From a virus (lineage: Duplodnaviria > Caudoviricetes): a DNA stretch of 35,619 nucleotides. Both the position numbers and the translations under genes were made by a program. Shown one piece after another: positions 1 through 9,004 of the stretch. The stretch lies in the IMG/VR virus record IMGVR_UViG_3300025018_000329, positions 1-35,619 of that record; one strand, given 5' to 3'. The notes below the pieces were generated by a model, which saw only the letters and a program-made list of their open reading frames with translations, was not told where the DNA came from and ran no database searches. Position 1 is the stretch's first letter; the number at the start of each line of letters is the position of its first letter.

Positions 1-99
1 GTTGAGAGCGTCTAATGGGCCTGTTTTATAGAAAAAGGTGGTTGAAGTAGGGTCATAAGTACCCGTCCCCGTTATTTTTCGGGGAATCTGGGGATCTCC

Positions 100-491
100 G
101 ACCCTACCAAACGCCGCGGGCGGTGTGTTATCATGCCGGGGCGCACCTTAGGCGGCATCTCAGGACGCCGTGTCGCCGTGGGAACGTAATCGCCCCGACT
201 GAGCGGGGCGTGCACACCGGTTTTCCGGACAGTCCGATTCTGGCCCGCCAGAATCGGGCAGGTTCGCAGGGCGGACGGATCTCTGCTTAGAGCCTAAGAA
301 TCTGAGCACCTTTGTGGGGGCTTTCGCCCCCACGCCCCCAACCGGGGACCGCCGGGTCCCCGGACCCCCGGGTCATCGCGAAAACGCGATGACGGATGAC
401 GGAGGAGGATCACCGTCGAGGTTTTTGGTAGGGTCCAAGCATCTTTTGCTGCGCCCTTGCCGTTTAGCTTAAAGGCGGGCGTGCGCGCGTG
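100..491 (-). ncRNA. Candidate large structured non-coding RNA
   Basis: No ORF of 60 aa or more. 13-bp long-range inverted repeat GACCCTACCAAAA (100-112) / TTTTGGTAGGGTC (423-435) encloses at least 5 hairpins (191-210, 232-259, 314-333, 342-363, 372-393). Lies just downstream of a leftward promoter. Strand is inferred from that promoter. Confidence 0.5.
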
Positions 492-497
492 GGCGCG

Positions 498-526
498 AGA
501 CTAGTGGGGTGCAACGTGGGTGTCAA
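498..526 (-). promoter_or_regulatory. sigma70-type promoter pointing leftward
   Basis: Minus strand reads TTGACA (526-521), 17-nt spacer, TAGTCT (503-498); predicted start near 491. Confidence 0.7.
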
Positions 527-647
527 TAGCAATTGGGTCATGGTTGTGTCACAAATTGTTCAGTAGTCTCCGTGTCTGTTCAGTGGGACAGATCCAACGG
601 GTGAATCCTATTGCGTTCTTTCTTGTGGTGGGTCATAACTGACCCAG

Positions 648-1196
648 GTGGCGAAGGGGATCTCACTCCAGATCGTCATGCGACAACTTCGTGGCGCGGA
701 GTACCAAGAGGACGGCGCCAAGTTTCGCGGGATGATCATCAAATCGTGGCTGAAAAGCTTCGAGCATTCGCCGTGGGCGGGTATTTCCAGCCCCACGGAT
801 TATTACACCGTCACGGGCCGGGCCGTCGCCGCCATCTTGGCGCGCCCCACAGTGGCGGTTCACGTGGCGATGCTACCGGAGATCGGCCCCGACGAGCTCG
901 GTGCCTTTGTCGTCGCCGAGACCGCACCCACCTATCCCATCGTCCACTACGCGTATACGACCAACGCGTGGAGGCAGCATGGCATCGCCGGCAAGCTTCT
1001 CGCCCATTGCGTGGGGGGCTCGCCCACGTTTGCCTACACGTTCAAGACAAATAAAACTCGGCATCTCTTGCGGCACCACAGGACGCGGTTTGAGCGCCGC
1101 TATGCCGTCGAGCCCCGAAGCCGCTGGCAATACTTTGACACCCCACGGAGGCCCCATGTCGGGCAGCACGCGCCGCAAGTTGAAAGGATTGGCTAA
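648..1196 (+). CDS. GNAT-family N-acetyltransferase-like protein
   Basis: Acetyl-CoA-binding motif A-like segment IVHYAYTTNAWRQHGIAGKLLAH; first gene of late operon. Confidence 0.65.
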   Translation: MAKGISLQIVMRQLRGAEYQEDGAKFRGMIIKSWLKSFEHSPWAGISSPTDYYTVTGRAVAAILARPTVAVHVAMLPEIGPDELGAFVVAETAPTYPIVHYAYTTNAWRQHGIAGKLLAHCVGGSPTFAYTFKTNKTRHLLRHHRTRFERRYAVEPRSRWQYFDTPRRPHVGQHAPQVERIG

Positions 1197-1434
1197 TCGC
1201 TATGGATACAGACACGGACACGTCATCGACGCCTACAAAAAAATCCGCCGCACCGTCGGCGCCCAAGAGGCCCTCGCCGCCGCCGCCGCTGCCGTCGCAA
1301 CCTATTCGCGGCTCTGCGATGACATCGCCGCCAGAGGCCGTGAGCGTCGACAAGGCCTATCTGATCAGCCGTCGGGGCTTGCCGGACTCGATGCTTGCGT
1401 CGAGCGGCAACACCGCGCTCCAGATCGTGGCTGA
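1156..1434 (+). CDS. Hypothetical protein
   Basis: ATG at 1156 after GGAGG; high GC at third codon positions until ~1340; the tail overlaps the next gene. Confidence 0.5.
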   Translation: MSGSTRRKLKGLANRYGYRHGHVIDAYKKIRRTVGAQEALAAAAAAVATYSRLCDDIAARGRERRQGLSDQPSGLAGLDACVERQHRAPDRG

Positions 1435-1531
1435 CGGCCGATTTTTGGCCGTCCACCGCCGGAGCGCCCAGGGCGCGATCACGACGTGGCTTGTGCCCAT
1501 GAGTAACGTCGAGGGGATGCTCATCAAGTGA
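1340..1531 (+). CDS. Hypothetical small protein
   Basis: 3' part of ORF 1202-1531; GTG at 1340 after GAGG; codon bias switches to this frame here; GTGA overlap with next gene. Confidence 0.55.
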   Translation: MSVDKAYLISRRGLPDSMLASSGNTALQIVADGRFLAVHRRSAQGAITTWLVPMSNVEGMLIK

Positions 1532-2004
1532 GCGTCCGCCTGTACGCGTGCCGTGTTTGTGAGGTGGAGCTTGGCTCCGACACGTCATGCGACGTTTGCG
1601 GCACCTTCAAGGACATGATCGTCGTCATGGGCGATTTGCCCGCGCCTCGCGCCCCATCCAAGGCCGAGCTCGCCATCATGCCGCCCGATCTACTGCCCAA
1701 GCAATCGGCGCTCACGATGGCGCTCTTGAACGACCTCGAGGCGCAACGCAAGTCGCCCGACGGGTGGAGCGCCGGCGATTGCCGGACGCTACTCGCCACG
1801 GGCCAGACGCTCGCGAAGCTTCTCGACGCCTACCGCAAGGTCGAGGCCGATAAGACCCGCCAAGCCGCGGGCCTGAGCGTCGATGAGCAAACCGACCTAT
1901 TCTTGACCGAGTTTTTCGCCAAACTGGCCCCCGACAAGCGGGCCGAGATCGTGGCCGCGGTGACCGCGATGGAGGGCACGGGCCCGGGCGGCGAGCCGCA
2001 TTGA
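1528..2004 (+). CDS. Probable terminase small subunit with N-terminal Zn ribbon
   Basis: CRVC...CDVC then a helical region; upstream of TerL. Function inferred from position. Confidence 0.45.
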   Translation: MSVRLYACRVCEVELGSDTSCDVCGTFKDMIVVMGDLPAPRAPSKAELAIMPPDLLPKQSALTMALLNDLEAQRKSPDGWSAGDCRTLLATGQTLAKLLDAYRKVEADKTRQAAGLSVDEQTDLFLTEFFAKLAPDKRAEIVAAVTAMEGTGPGGEPH

Positions 2005-2411
2005 ACCTCGGCGACGCGCGACTGCCCGGTTCGTTTTGGCGAAAGGTGCGTCTCGGCGTCGGCGGGTGTTGGCTGTGGATCGGGCTCACCGAGAAGGGTT
2101 ACGGCCGCTATAATTTCTCGGCCGGAGGCGGCGAGTTTATGCGCTGGCAAGCCCACCGCTTAAGCTATGCCGCCGCAAACCAGGTCATGTTCCAGCACGG
2201 CCATTCGTGGCAAGTCGATCACAAATGCAAAGTCACCAATTGCGTTAACCCGGCGCACCTCCAGTTACTCACGGATCGCGAGCATTCGGTCAAGGATCGC
2301 ATCCACGACATCTGCCCGCAAGGCCACGACAAGCGCCAGACGGGCCGTCGCGCCTCGGGTAAATGCGTCAAATGCGAAAACACTAAGCACCTCAGGCGGG
2401 CTTACGGATGA
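2001..2411 (+). CDS. HNH endonuclease (homing-type)
   Basis: CWLWIG..GYG..AHRLSY..VDHKC...CVNPAHL plus C-terminal CPQGH..CVKC. Confidence 0.9.
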   Translation: MNLGDARLPGSFWRKVRLGVGGCWLWIGLTEKGYGRYNFSAGGGEFMRWQAHRLSYAAANQVMFQHGHSWQVDHKCKVTNCVNPAHLQLLTDREHSVKDRIHDICPQGHDKRQTGRRASGKCVKCENTKHLRRAYG

Positions 2412-3919
2412 GCGCAAACGCCGCCCTCATGCCCGCTTATTGGGCCGAGCTCAAGAGCCGCGGCACGACGGATCGCGTCGGGCAATTTCGCGAGGGCGTT
2501 CGCAAGCTCGCGCTCGGATGCTTTGAGAAGCAAGCAAACGTCTTGCGTGACCCGCGCAAGTTCAAGAGCGTTCGCTGCCCCCGTGGTGCCGGCAAATCAT
2601 GGGTTGCCATCACGTATGCGCTGCAAAAGATGGCGTCCCAGAACGCCGCGCGCGTGTTCTACATTTGCATGACGAAGCCGCAGCTCGAGCTCATCGTGTG
2701 GATCCTCCTCAAGGAACTTGACGAGCAATATCAGCTGAACCTGCAGTTCAATGAGACCTACAAGCGCGTCATCGCGCCCAACGGCTCGCGCATGTTTTTG
2801 CAGGGGATGGATTCCAAAAACGAGCTCAAGAAATTGCGCGGTTCGTTCTACGATCGGGTGGTCATCGATGAGGCCAAGGATTACTCACCGCTCATCTTAA
2901 AAGAGCTCCTGAAAATCATCCGACCACGCCTCGCGGATCGTAACGGTGACATCTTGCTCATCGGCACCCCGGGCAACGTTTGCGCAGGGATTTTCTTCGA
3001 TGCGACGACCGTCGCGACAAAGGGCGTCGTCCCGTACGGTACGCCGCACACGGGCCCCTATCGATGGTCGTTCCACAATTGGACGTTGCAGGACAACATC
3101 CACGTTCCGCACAACTGGGCCGCGGCGCTCGAGTACAAAGCGGCGCACGGCCTGGCGGACGACGACCCCGAATGGATGACGGAATATCTCGGCGAATGGT
3201 GCCCCGACGCCGACCTCATGGTTTACAAATTCAGCGAGGAGCGCGACGCGTGGGAACCGACGGGCGTGGGCGAAAACGAACACGGCCTATCGCTCGCCCA
3301 CGACTGGCAATATGTGCTCGGATGCGACTTCGGTTGGGAAGATCACTTCGCCATTTGCGTCGTCGCATGGTCGGAGTCATCGCCCGCGCTCTATCAAGTC
3401 TGGGACTACAAAGCGAGGCATTCGACCGTGTCGGACATGGCGCGCGAAATCACTGCCGCGGGCGATATGTTTGGCGACTTCACCGCGATGGTTTGCGACA
3501 CGGGAAACTTCGGCAAGCACCTCATGGAAACGCTAAACGGCGACCATGGATTCTATTTCGAGCCCGCCGAGAAAAAGGAAAAGCGCGACTTCATTACGCT
3601 CTTGAACAGCGACCTCGCGCACGGGCTTCTGAAAATCCGCAAGGGCTCCAACTGCATCGACGACATGGAGATCTTGCAATGGGCCGACGAGCACAAACGC
3701 CGCGAGAATTACGGCACGCCCAACGATAACAGCGACGCGCTTTTGTACACGTGGCGCTTTTGCCAGCACCACAACTATCGCAAGCCCGCCGATGCGCCCG
3801 AGGAGGGCACACCCGAATACGCGCGGCAACAGCGATCGAAAACCATGGATGCCTATCGCAAGCGATTGCGCGATGCGGAGGATCCATTTGCAGAGGACGG
3901 AGACCCCTGGGATGACTAG
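2408..3919 (+). CDS. terL: Terminase large subunit
   Basis: Walker A CPRGAGKS, Walker B VVIDEA, motif III LIGTP, RNase H-like nuclease LGCDFGWED...DNSDALLY. Confidence 0.95.
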   Translation: MSANAALMPAYWAELKSRGTTDRVGQFREGVRKLALGCFEKQANVLRDPRKFKSVRCPRGAGKSWVAITYALQKMASQNAARVFYICMTKPQLELIVWILLKELDEQYQLNLQFNETYKRVIAPNGSRMFLQGMDSKNELKKLRGSFYDRVVIDEAKDYSPLILKELLKIIRPRLADRNGDILLIGTPGNVCAGIFFDATTVATKGVVPYGTPHTGPYRWSFHNWTLQDNIHVPHNWAAALEYKAAHGLADDDPEWMTEYLGEWCPDADLMVYKFSEERDAWEPTGVGENEHGLSLAHDWQYVLGCDFGWEDHFAICVVAWSESSPALYQVWDYKARHSTVSDMAREITAAGDMFGDFTAMVCDTGNFGKHLMETLNGDHGFYFEPAEKKEKRDFITLLNSDLAHGLLKIRKGSNCIDDMEILQWADEHKRRENYGTPNDNSDALLYTWRFCQHHNYRKPADAPEEGTPEYARQQRSKTMDAYRKRLRDAEDPFAEDGDPWDD

Positions 3920-4139
3920 CCGTTATTCAGCCAAAGAAATTGATGCGCTTCTCGAGGTGCTCGAGCGCCACAACGTGCGCTTCTGCAAGATGGGCGAGCT
4001 CGAGGTTCACATGGAGAAGCCCGTCACCAAAGAAGAGCTCGAGGATATTTATCAAACTGGCGACCGCAATTTCAGGCGGATCGAAAACACCCTCTCGCCG
4101 AATTACGGTGGGTTTGCGAGAAGTGATGACAAGCAATGA
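3912..4139 (+). CDS. Hypothetical protein between TerL and portal
   Basis: ATG at 3912 overlapping the end of terL; ATGA overlap with the portal start; coding-like bias. Confidence 0.7.
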   Translation: MTSRYSAKEIDALLEVLERHNVRFCKMGELEVHMEKPVTKEELEDIYQTGDRNFRRIENTLSPNYGGFARSDDKQ

Positions 4140-5998
4140 ACACACCGCCATCCCGTCGCTCTTGGGAAAAACATTGGTTCGAGGAGCCGCCCGAGCGTTT
4201 GCACCGGGTGCTTTTTGATCACGTCGAGCGCATCGAGCAAGATCAAGCCTACGTCGCCCGCTATCACGAGTATTACTCCGAGGTTTACTCGGGGCGCGAG
4301 ACGCATCGATGGGCCTCACCCGGCGCGCATTTCGATCCGCGGCGCGTCTCCGTCAACGACAACCTAGTCAAACAGCTAATTGACTCGGCTCAGAGCATCG
4401 TCGCGCGCGACTTGCCGCGCGTCAAAGTCTTGAGCTCCGGCGGGTCGTTTAGCGATCAACGCAAAGCGCGGGGCCTGACGAAATTTCTCGACGGCGAGAT
4501 GGAACATAAAAAGGTCCGCCGCATCACCCCGGAGGCGTTTCGCTCGATGGGCATCGTCGGCACGGGCGGCGTCAAGGTATTCGGCCGCCACGGCCGTCTT
4601 TGCGTCGAGCGCGTCAACATGGATGACGTGGTCGTTAAAGAGGATGACTGCATCGCCGGATCGTCGCCGCGCGAGATTCACCATCGCGTGGTGATGGATG
4701 TCCGCGCCGCGTGCCGCAAGTTTCCCGAGCACACCGACGCAATTCTCTCGAGCATGAATCGTCGCAGCTACGGTGCCGGGTGGCGCATTCCGCATGACAA
4801 GGTCGTGATGATTGAGTCGTATCGCTTGCGTGACGACCCGCAAGAGTCGGGCGTTTACGCGCTCGTGTGCGAGCAAGAGACCCTAGATCACGCCGCTTGG
4901 GACCACGATTGGATTCCGTTCGAGTTTCAGCGATGGGAAACGCCGCTGAACAACGGCTGGTATGGGGCGGGTATCGCGGAGGAAACGGTCGATCTTCAGA
5001 TCCTAGTCAACCACCTAAACAAAAAAGTTCGCATGGGGCACGATCTAATCGTCAACCCGTCGGTTTACGTCGAGGTCGGATCGCGAACGCTCGCCGAGCA
5101 ATGGACAAACCGCATCGGCGGCTTTCGGTTCTTTCGTGGACAACAGCCGTTTATTCACACGCCGACGGCATTCGGGCCCGAGACCTACAATTACATTGAG
5201 CGGCTCCGGCAGCTTGGCCAAGAGCGTCTCGGCATCTCGCGCATGACCTCGCAGGGCTTTGTGCCGCCGGGCGTGCAATCGGGCGCCGCGGTGCGCGAAT
5301 ACCGCGCCGTCGAGTCGGGGCGGTGGGCCGAGAAATCGGCCGCGAATGACGACTTCTTTAAGCGCATCGCGTTGCTCATGATCCGGGCGACAAAGGAGCT
5401 CGTCTCCGAGGGCCACACGCCGATGACGAAAGCCCGGCTGGCGCGCAACTTAGTGCAGGAGATCCCGTGGGCCGACGTCGACCTTGACGAGGACCGCTTT
5501 GTGTTGACGGTCGAGACCTCGAGTCTTTTTGCGCTCTCGCCCTCGGCCCGGATGGAAAAGGTGCAGGAATGGCGCGCCGCCGGCCACATCGACAAAGAGG
5601 AGTTTCTCGCGCTGTCGGGCAATCCCGACCTTGAGCGATGGAGCTCACGCGCCCAAGCGCCCCATGAGCTCACGGAGATGGTCGTCGAGCAATTGGAGAA
5701 TCTCGAGCAATTAGTGCCGGAGCCGCACTGGCCGTTGCAGCTTTTGCAAAAGAACGTGGCCGAGGCTTACATGCGGGCGCAATTGACGAGGGATTTCCCC
5801 GAGGAGATTGCCGACAATTACGATCGGTTCCTGTCTCTCGTGAACCATCAGATCAAGAAATTGACGGCGCCACCGCCGTCGGCAAACCCCGCGATGGGTG
5901 CCCCGCCACCGCCGGAGCAATTCGCCCAGCAACAGGATCCGGCCGCCGGGCTCGCCGCCGTTATGGGCGGGGCATCGGGGCCCATGGCGCAAGGATAG
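4136..5998 (+). CDS. Portal protein (podovirus-like)
   Basis: 620 aa after TerL; segments WYGAGIAEE and SGAAVRE; Pro/Gln/Ala-rich C-terminal tail typical of P22-like portals. Confidence 0.85.
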   Translation: MNTPPSRRSWEKHWFEEPPERLHRVLFDHVERIEQDQAYVARYHEYYSEVYSGRETHRWASPGAHFDPRRVSVNDNLVKQLIDSAQSIVARDLPRVKVLSSGGSFSDQRKARGLTKFLDGEMEHKKVRRITPEAFRSMGIVGTGGVKVFGRHGRLCVERVNMDDVVVKEDDCIAGSSPREIHHRVVMDVRAACRKFPEHTDAILSSMNRRSYGAGWRIPHDKVVMIESYRLRDDPQESGVYALVCEQETLDHAAWDHDWIPFEFQRWETPLNNGWYGAGIAEETVDLQILVNHLNKKVRMGHDLIVNPSVYVEVGSRTLAEQWTNRIGGFRFFRGQQPFIHTPTAFGPETYNYIERLRQLGQERLGISRMTSQGFVPPGVQSGAAVREYRAVESGRWAEKSAANDDFFKRIALLMIRATKELVSEGHTPMTKARLARNLVQEIPWADVDLDEDRFVLTVETSSLFALSPSARMEKVQEWRAAGHIDKEEFLALSGNPDLERWSSRAQAPHELTEMVVEQLENLEQLVPEPHWPLQLLQKNVAEAYMRAQLTRDFPEEIADNYDRFLSLVNHQIKKLTAPPPSANPAMGAPPPPEQFAQQQDPAAGLAAVMGGASGPMAQG

Positions 5999-6004
5999 GA
6001 ACAC

Positions 6005-7033
6005 ATGGCTGACTTTGAACCACTAAGCATCCCAGAGGCCCAGGGGCTCCGGGCAACCATCGCCGCGGAGTTTGGCGAGGCCCCCGCATCCGAGCCCGCC
6101 ACGGGCCAGTCAGGGGCCGGAGCGGCCGAGCGGGCCGCCATCGCCATGATCCCGGCCGACCAACGGGGGCCCGACCCCGCCCGGGCCGTGGCTGACGCCG
6201 CCGCCGATGTGGGAGATCGGGTGGCCGAGGACATGTCATCCGATGCCGAAGCCACGACCATCGCCGCGGTTCTGAGCTCGGATGACATAATCCGCAAGGC
6301 CAAGGAGCGGGCGCAGAAACGGTCAAAACTTGAGGCCGAGCGCGAGGAATTCGAGCGCCAAAAAGCCGAGTTTGCCGAGCAATACAAGGGCGCCACCGAC
6401 GCCCGGGCGCTCTTGGCGCGGCTTCTCGACGACCCCGAGCAATTCGCCGACGACGCTGGGCTCACCCGCGAAAAGACGCAAGAGCTCGCCTCGCGGCTTT
6501 GGCTCAAAGCGATGGGCGACGATGCCCCCGAGGATTACAAGCGGCAGGTCGCGCAGAAAAAAGCCGAGAAGGCCCCGGAGCTCGTCGACAAAAAACTCGC
6601 CGATTGGCAACGCAAACAAGAGGTGTCACTGTGGGTTGCCAGGACTGACGCGGCCCTCGCGCACGCGAAAGCTAGTGGTGAAATTCCTCACGTCGCCATA
6701 CGTTACGAGGCCGACCCGCAGGGAACTCTTGACGACCTGTGCCTGTTAGCTGCTAAACTACGCAATACAGATACCCCTCCGCAAGATGTGATAAGCATGC
6801 TTGAGGAGTCGCTCGCGGAATACGTGGGGCAATTCGACCCCGTCAGACATAAGCCGCAAACCGGCAAAATAGCCACGGCGCCCGACGCCCAGCAAACGCC
6901 CCCGAAAACGGCCCGGCGGAGTTTATCCAACTTGGATCAATCCACCTCAATGCCACGACGGGAAACGAGCAAGATGTCACGCGCCGAGCTTCGGCAGTCA
7001 TTGATTGAAACGCTCCGTCCCGCTTTTGAATAG
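6005..7033 (+). CDS. Capsid scaffolding protein
   Basis: Between portal and capsid; acidic disordered N-terminus, coiled coil, short helical C-terminus. Confidence 0.7.
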   Translation: MADFEPLSIPEAQGLRATIAAEFGEAPASEPATGQSGAGAAERAAIAMIPADQRGPDPARAVADAAADVGDRVAEDMSSDAEATTIAAVLSSDDIIRKAKERAQKRSKLEAEREEFERQKAEFAEQYKGATDARALLARLLDDPEQFADDAGLTREKTQELASRLWLKAMGDDAPEDYKRQVAQKKAEKAPELVDKKLADWQRKQEVSLWVARTDAALAHAKASGEIPHVAIRYEADPQGTLDDLCLLAAKLRNTDTPPQDVISMLEESLAEYVGQFDPVRHKPQTGKIATAPDAQQTPPKTARRSLSNLDQSTSMPRRETSKMSRAELRQSLIETLRPAFE

Positions 7034-7045
7034 GGAGCTTTTGCC

Positions 7046-8311
7046 ATGACCGCTGTTAACTATGATTCTCGAGCCTCCGGCAATCCGATTTTGAATTCAC
7101 TCAAGCGCGTATACGTGAGCCGCCCGCCCGAGCTCACGTGGAAACAAAAACACGCGCTTCTCGATCATCTGCCCAAGATGAAAGCCTTCGAGGGCGAGCC
7201 GGGCTACTGGATCTGGAATATCGATTACGACCACGCCGCCGTGTCGCAAAACTTTGCACAGGCGCTGGCGAACAGGCGCCCCGGATCAACGATTAAATTC
7301 GGCACCGACGCCGCGGACATCTATTCGGTGGCGCAGTTCGATGCGAAAACGCTCCGGCGCGCCCGCTCCAACGTCGGCGCCTTCGCCGACACCCTCGAGT
7401 CCGCCTATACAAACCACATGAGCGCCGTCATTAAGCGGCTCGCATGGGGCATCTATCGCAACGACAATGGCTATCTCGCAACACTGTCATCCGTCACGGC
7501 GGGCAGCAGTTACGTCACCTTGACCAATCGCCGCGATGTGTATGCGTTTAGCGTGGGCGCGATGCTGGAGTTTGACGACACCGCGACGGGCGCCTCGCCC
7601 AAGGCGGAAACGGGCGCCGACAACTTTACGATTACAAAGATCGACGCCGTCAACGGCCGCTTGTACCTGACGGGCATCGATGGAGCGACCAACATCGCCG
7701 CGAGCGACTACGTTTTTATCCTTGGCGATTCCAAGACCAATCAAGCATCGTTCCTCGGCCTCGAAAGCTATTTCCCGGCCACGGTATCATCGGGCGAGAG
7801 CTTCTCGTCGACCGCGGTCGACCGTTCCGCGATGCGCACCCGCCTTGCGGGCCACTACCTCGACGGCACCTCGATGGCGCTTGACGATGCAATCCAAGAG
7901 ATGCTTCACGAGATCAGCTACACGTCCAACGGCGCGTGCACGGGCATCTATATGGCGCCCGCCAACATGAATGTGCTGGCCCGCCTCTGCGACGCTCAGG
8001 TCGTGCGCGACCCGCTCGGCAAGGGTGGCATCGGCTACTCGGGCTTCGAGTTTGCCTCGGGTGTGCAGGGCAACGTGACGGTCTACGGTGATCCCGCTTG
8101 CCAGTCCACGGATGTGTGGTGCCTCGACACTAATTCAATGGCGCTCGGCCATTTGACTGACGACCTCTGCGAGATCGTCACCGACGGCAACGATCGCCTT
8201 GATCGCGTGTACAACGCCGACAGCGTCGAAGCCCGCTTCCGATCGTGGTGCAACCTTGCTGTTTTCGCACCCGGAAACAACGGCCACATTCTAGTCAACG
8301 CGCCGGCTTAA
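7046..8311 (+). CDS. Major capsid protein
   Basis: 421 aa after the scaffold; GGGAG RBS; capsid-like C-terminus (DSVEARFRSWCNLAVFAPGNNG). Confidence 0.85.
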   Translation: MTAVNYDSRASGNPILNSLKRVYVSRPPELTWKQKHALLDHLPKMKAFEGEPGYWIWNIDYDHAAVSQNFAQALANRRPGSTIKFGTDAADIYSVAQFDAKTLRRARSNVGAFADTLESAYTNHMSAVIKRLAWGIYRNDNGYLATLSSVTAGSSYVTLTNRRDVYAFSVGAMLEFDDTATGASPKAETGADNFTITKIDAVNGRLYLTGIDGATNIAASDYVFILGDSKTNQASFLGLESYFPATVSSGESFSSTAVDRSAMRTRLAGHYLDGTSMALDDAIQEMLHEISYTSNGACTGIYMAPANMNVLARLCDAQVVRDPLGKGGIGYSGFEFASGVQGNVTVYGDPACQSTDVWCLDTNSMALGHLTDDLCEIVTDGNDRLDRVYNADSVEARFRSWCNLAVFAPGNNGHILVNAPA

Positions 8312-8326
8312 TAACCACAGGGAATG

Positions 8327-8346
8327 GGGGCGGGATAACTCGCCCT
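8327..8346 (+). promoter_or_regulatory. Stem-loop after the capsid gene (mRNA stabiliser or partial terminator)
   Basis: GGGGCGGG-ATAA-CTCGCCCT; no U-tract. Confidence 0.35.
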
Positions 8347-8372
8347 CACCCCTCTCTCAAAGGAAATGCGAC

Positions 8373-8777
8373 ATGGCACTCCAAAAGAAAACAAGGGCAG
8401 GCGGCGGGCCGGTACGGTCGAACCTTCTCGACACTTACATGGTTTACCTCCGCGCCGAGACCAATAACATCTCGGCGCCCGATGGCGATGACTCGTCGAT
8501 CAAGGGCACGTGGGGATATACCTCGACGGGCATCATTACGTTTACCGTCAACGCCGCGCAGAAGTTTCGCCGCGTGATTCACGCGACGTGCACGAGCGAG
8601 GAAACCGATCTGAACACCCGCATCGTGTTCGTATCTTATACGCGATCCACGGGCGTCTTGATCTTTCACTTGCAAACGCAGGACGGCGTCTCGGCGCTTT
8701 ATGCCCTCGGCGACACGACTGACAAGACTATGTCGATCGCGTTAACCGTCACTGATAACCCGGTCCATGGAACCTAA
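8373..8777 (+). CDS. Putative virion structural protein
   Basis: Beta-rich, Thr-rich 134 aa right after the capsid; AAGGA RBS. Confidence 0.55.
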   Translation: MALQKKTRAGGGPVRSNLLDTYMVYLRAETNNISAPDGDDSSIKGTWGYTSTGIITFTVNAAQKFRRVIHATCTSEETDLNTRIVFVSYTRSTGVLIFHLQTQDGVSALYALGDTTDKTMSIALTVTDNPVHGT

Positions 8778-9003
8778 GATGGGCATCCCAATGGAAGCGA
8801 TGAAGATCGCGCTTAAAAAGATCGAGACGGTGCCGGCCGACAAGGTGAGCATCTCGAGCGATCCGACGGATATGTCGGAGGAGCAAGAGCAAGAGCTCGT
8901 CGACATTTATCGCGAGATGGAGTCGGCCGGCGATACCAAGGCCAAGGCCAAGGCGCTGGAGAATTTCGTCAAGCTCGTGATGATGTGCGGGGGCGAGGAG
9001 TAA
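8767..9003 (+). CDS. Hypothetical acidic protein
   Basis: Coupled ORF in the morphogenesis operon. Confidence 0.7.
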   Translation: MEPKMGIPMEAMKIALKKIETVPADKVSISSDPTDMSEEQEQELVDIYREMESAGDTKAKAKALENFVKLVMMCGGEE

Positions 9004-9004
9004 C

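Noticed and set aside
100-435. Retron msr-msd or MITE interpretation of the inverted-repeat-bounded element
   Set aside because: No reverse transcriptase or transposase in the window and no evident target-site duplication; kept only as an unassigned structured element.
8260-8380. Programmed frameshift extending the capsid protein
   Set aside because: No slippery heptamer near the stop; tandem TAA TAA and a separate RBS for the next gene.
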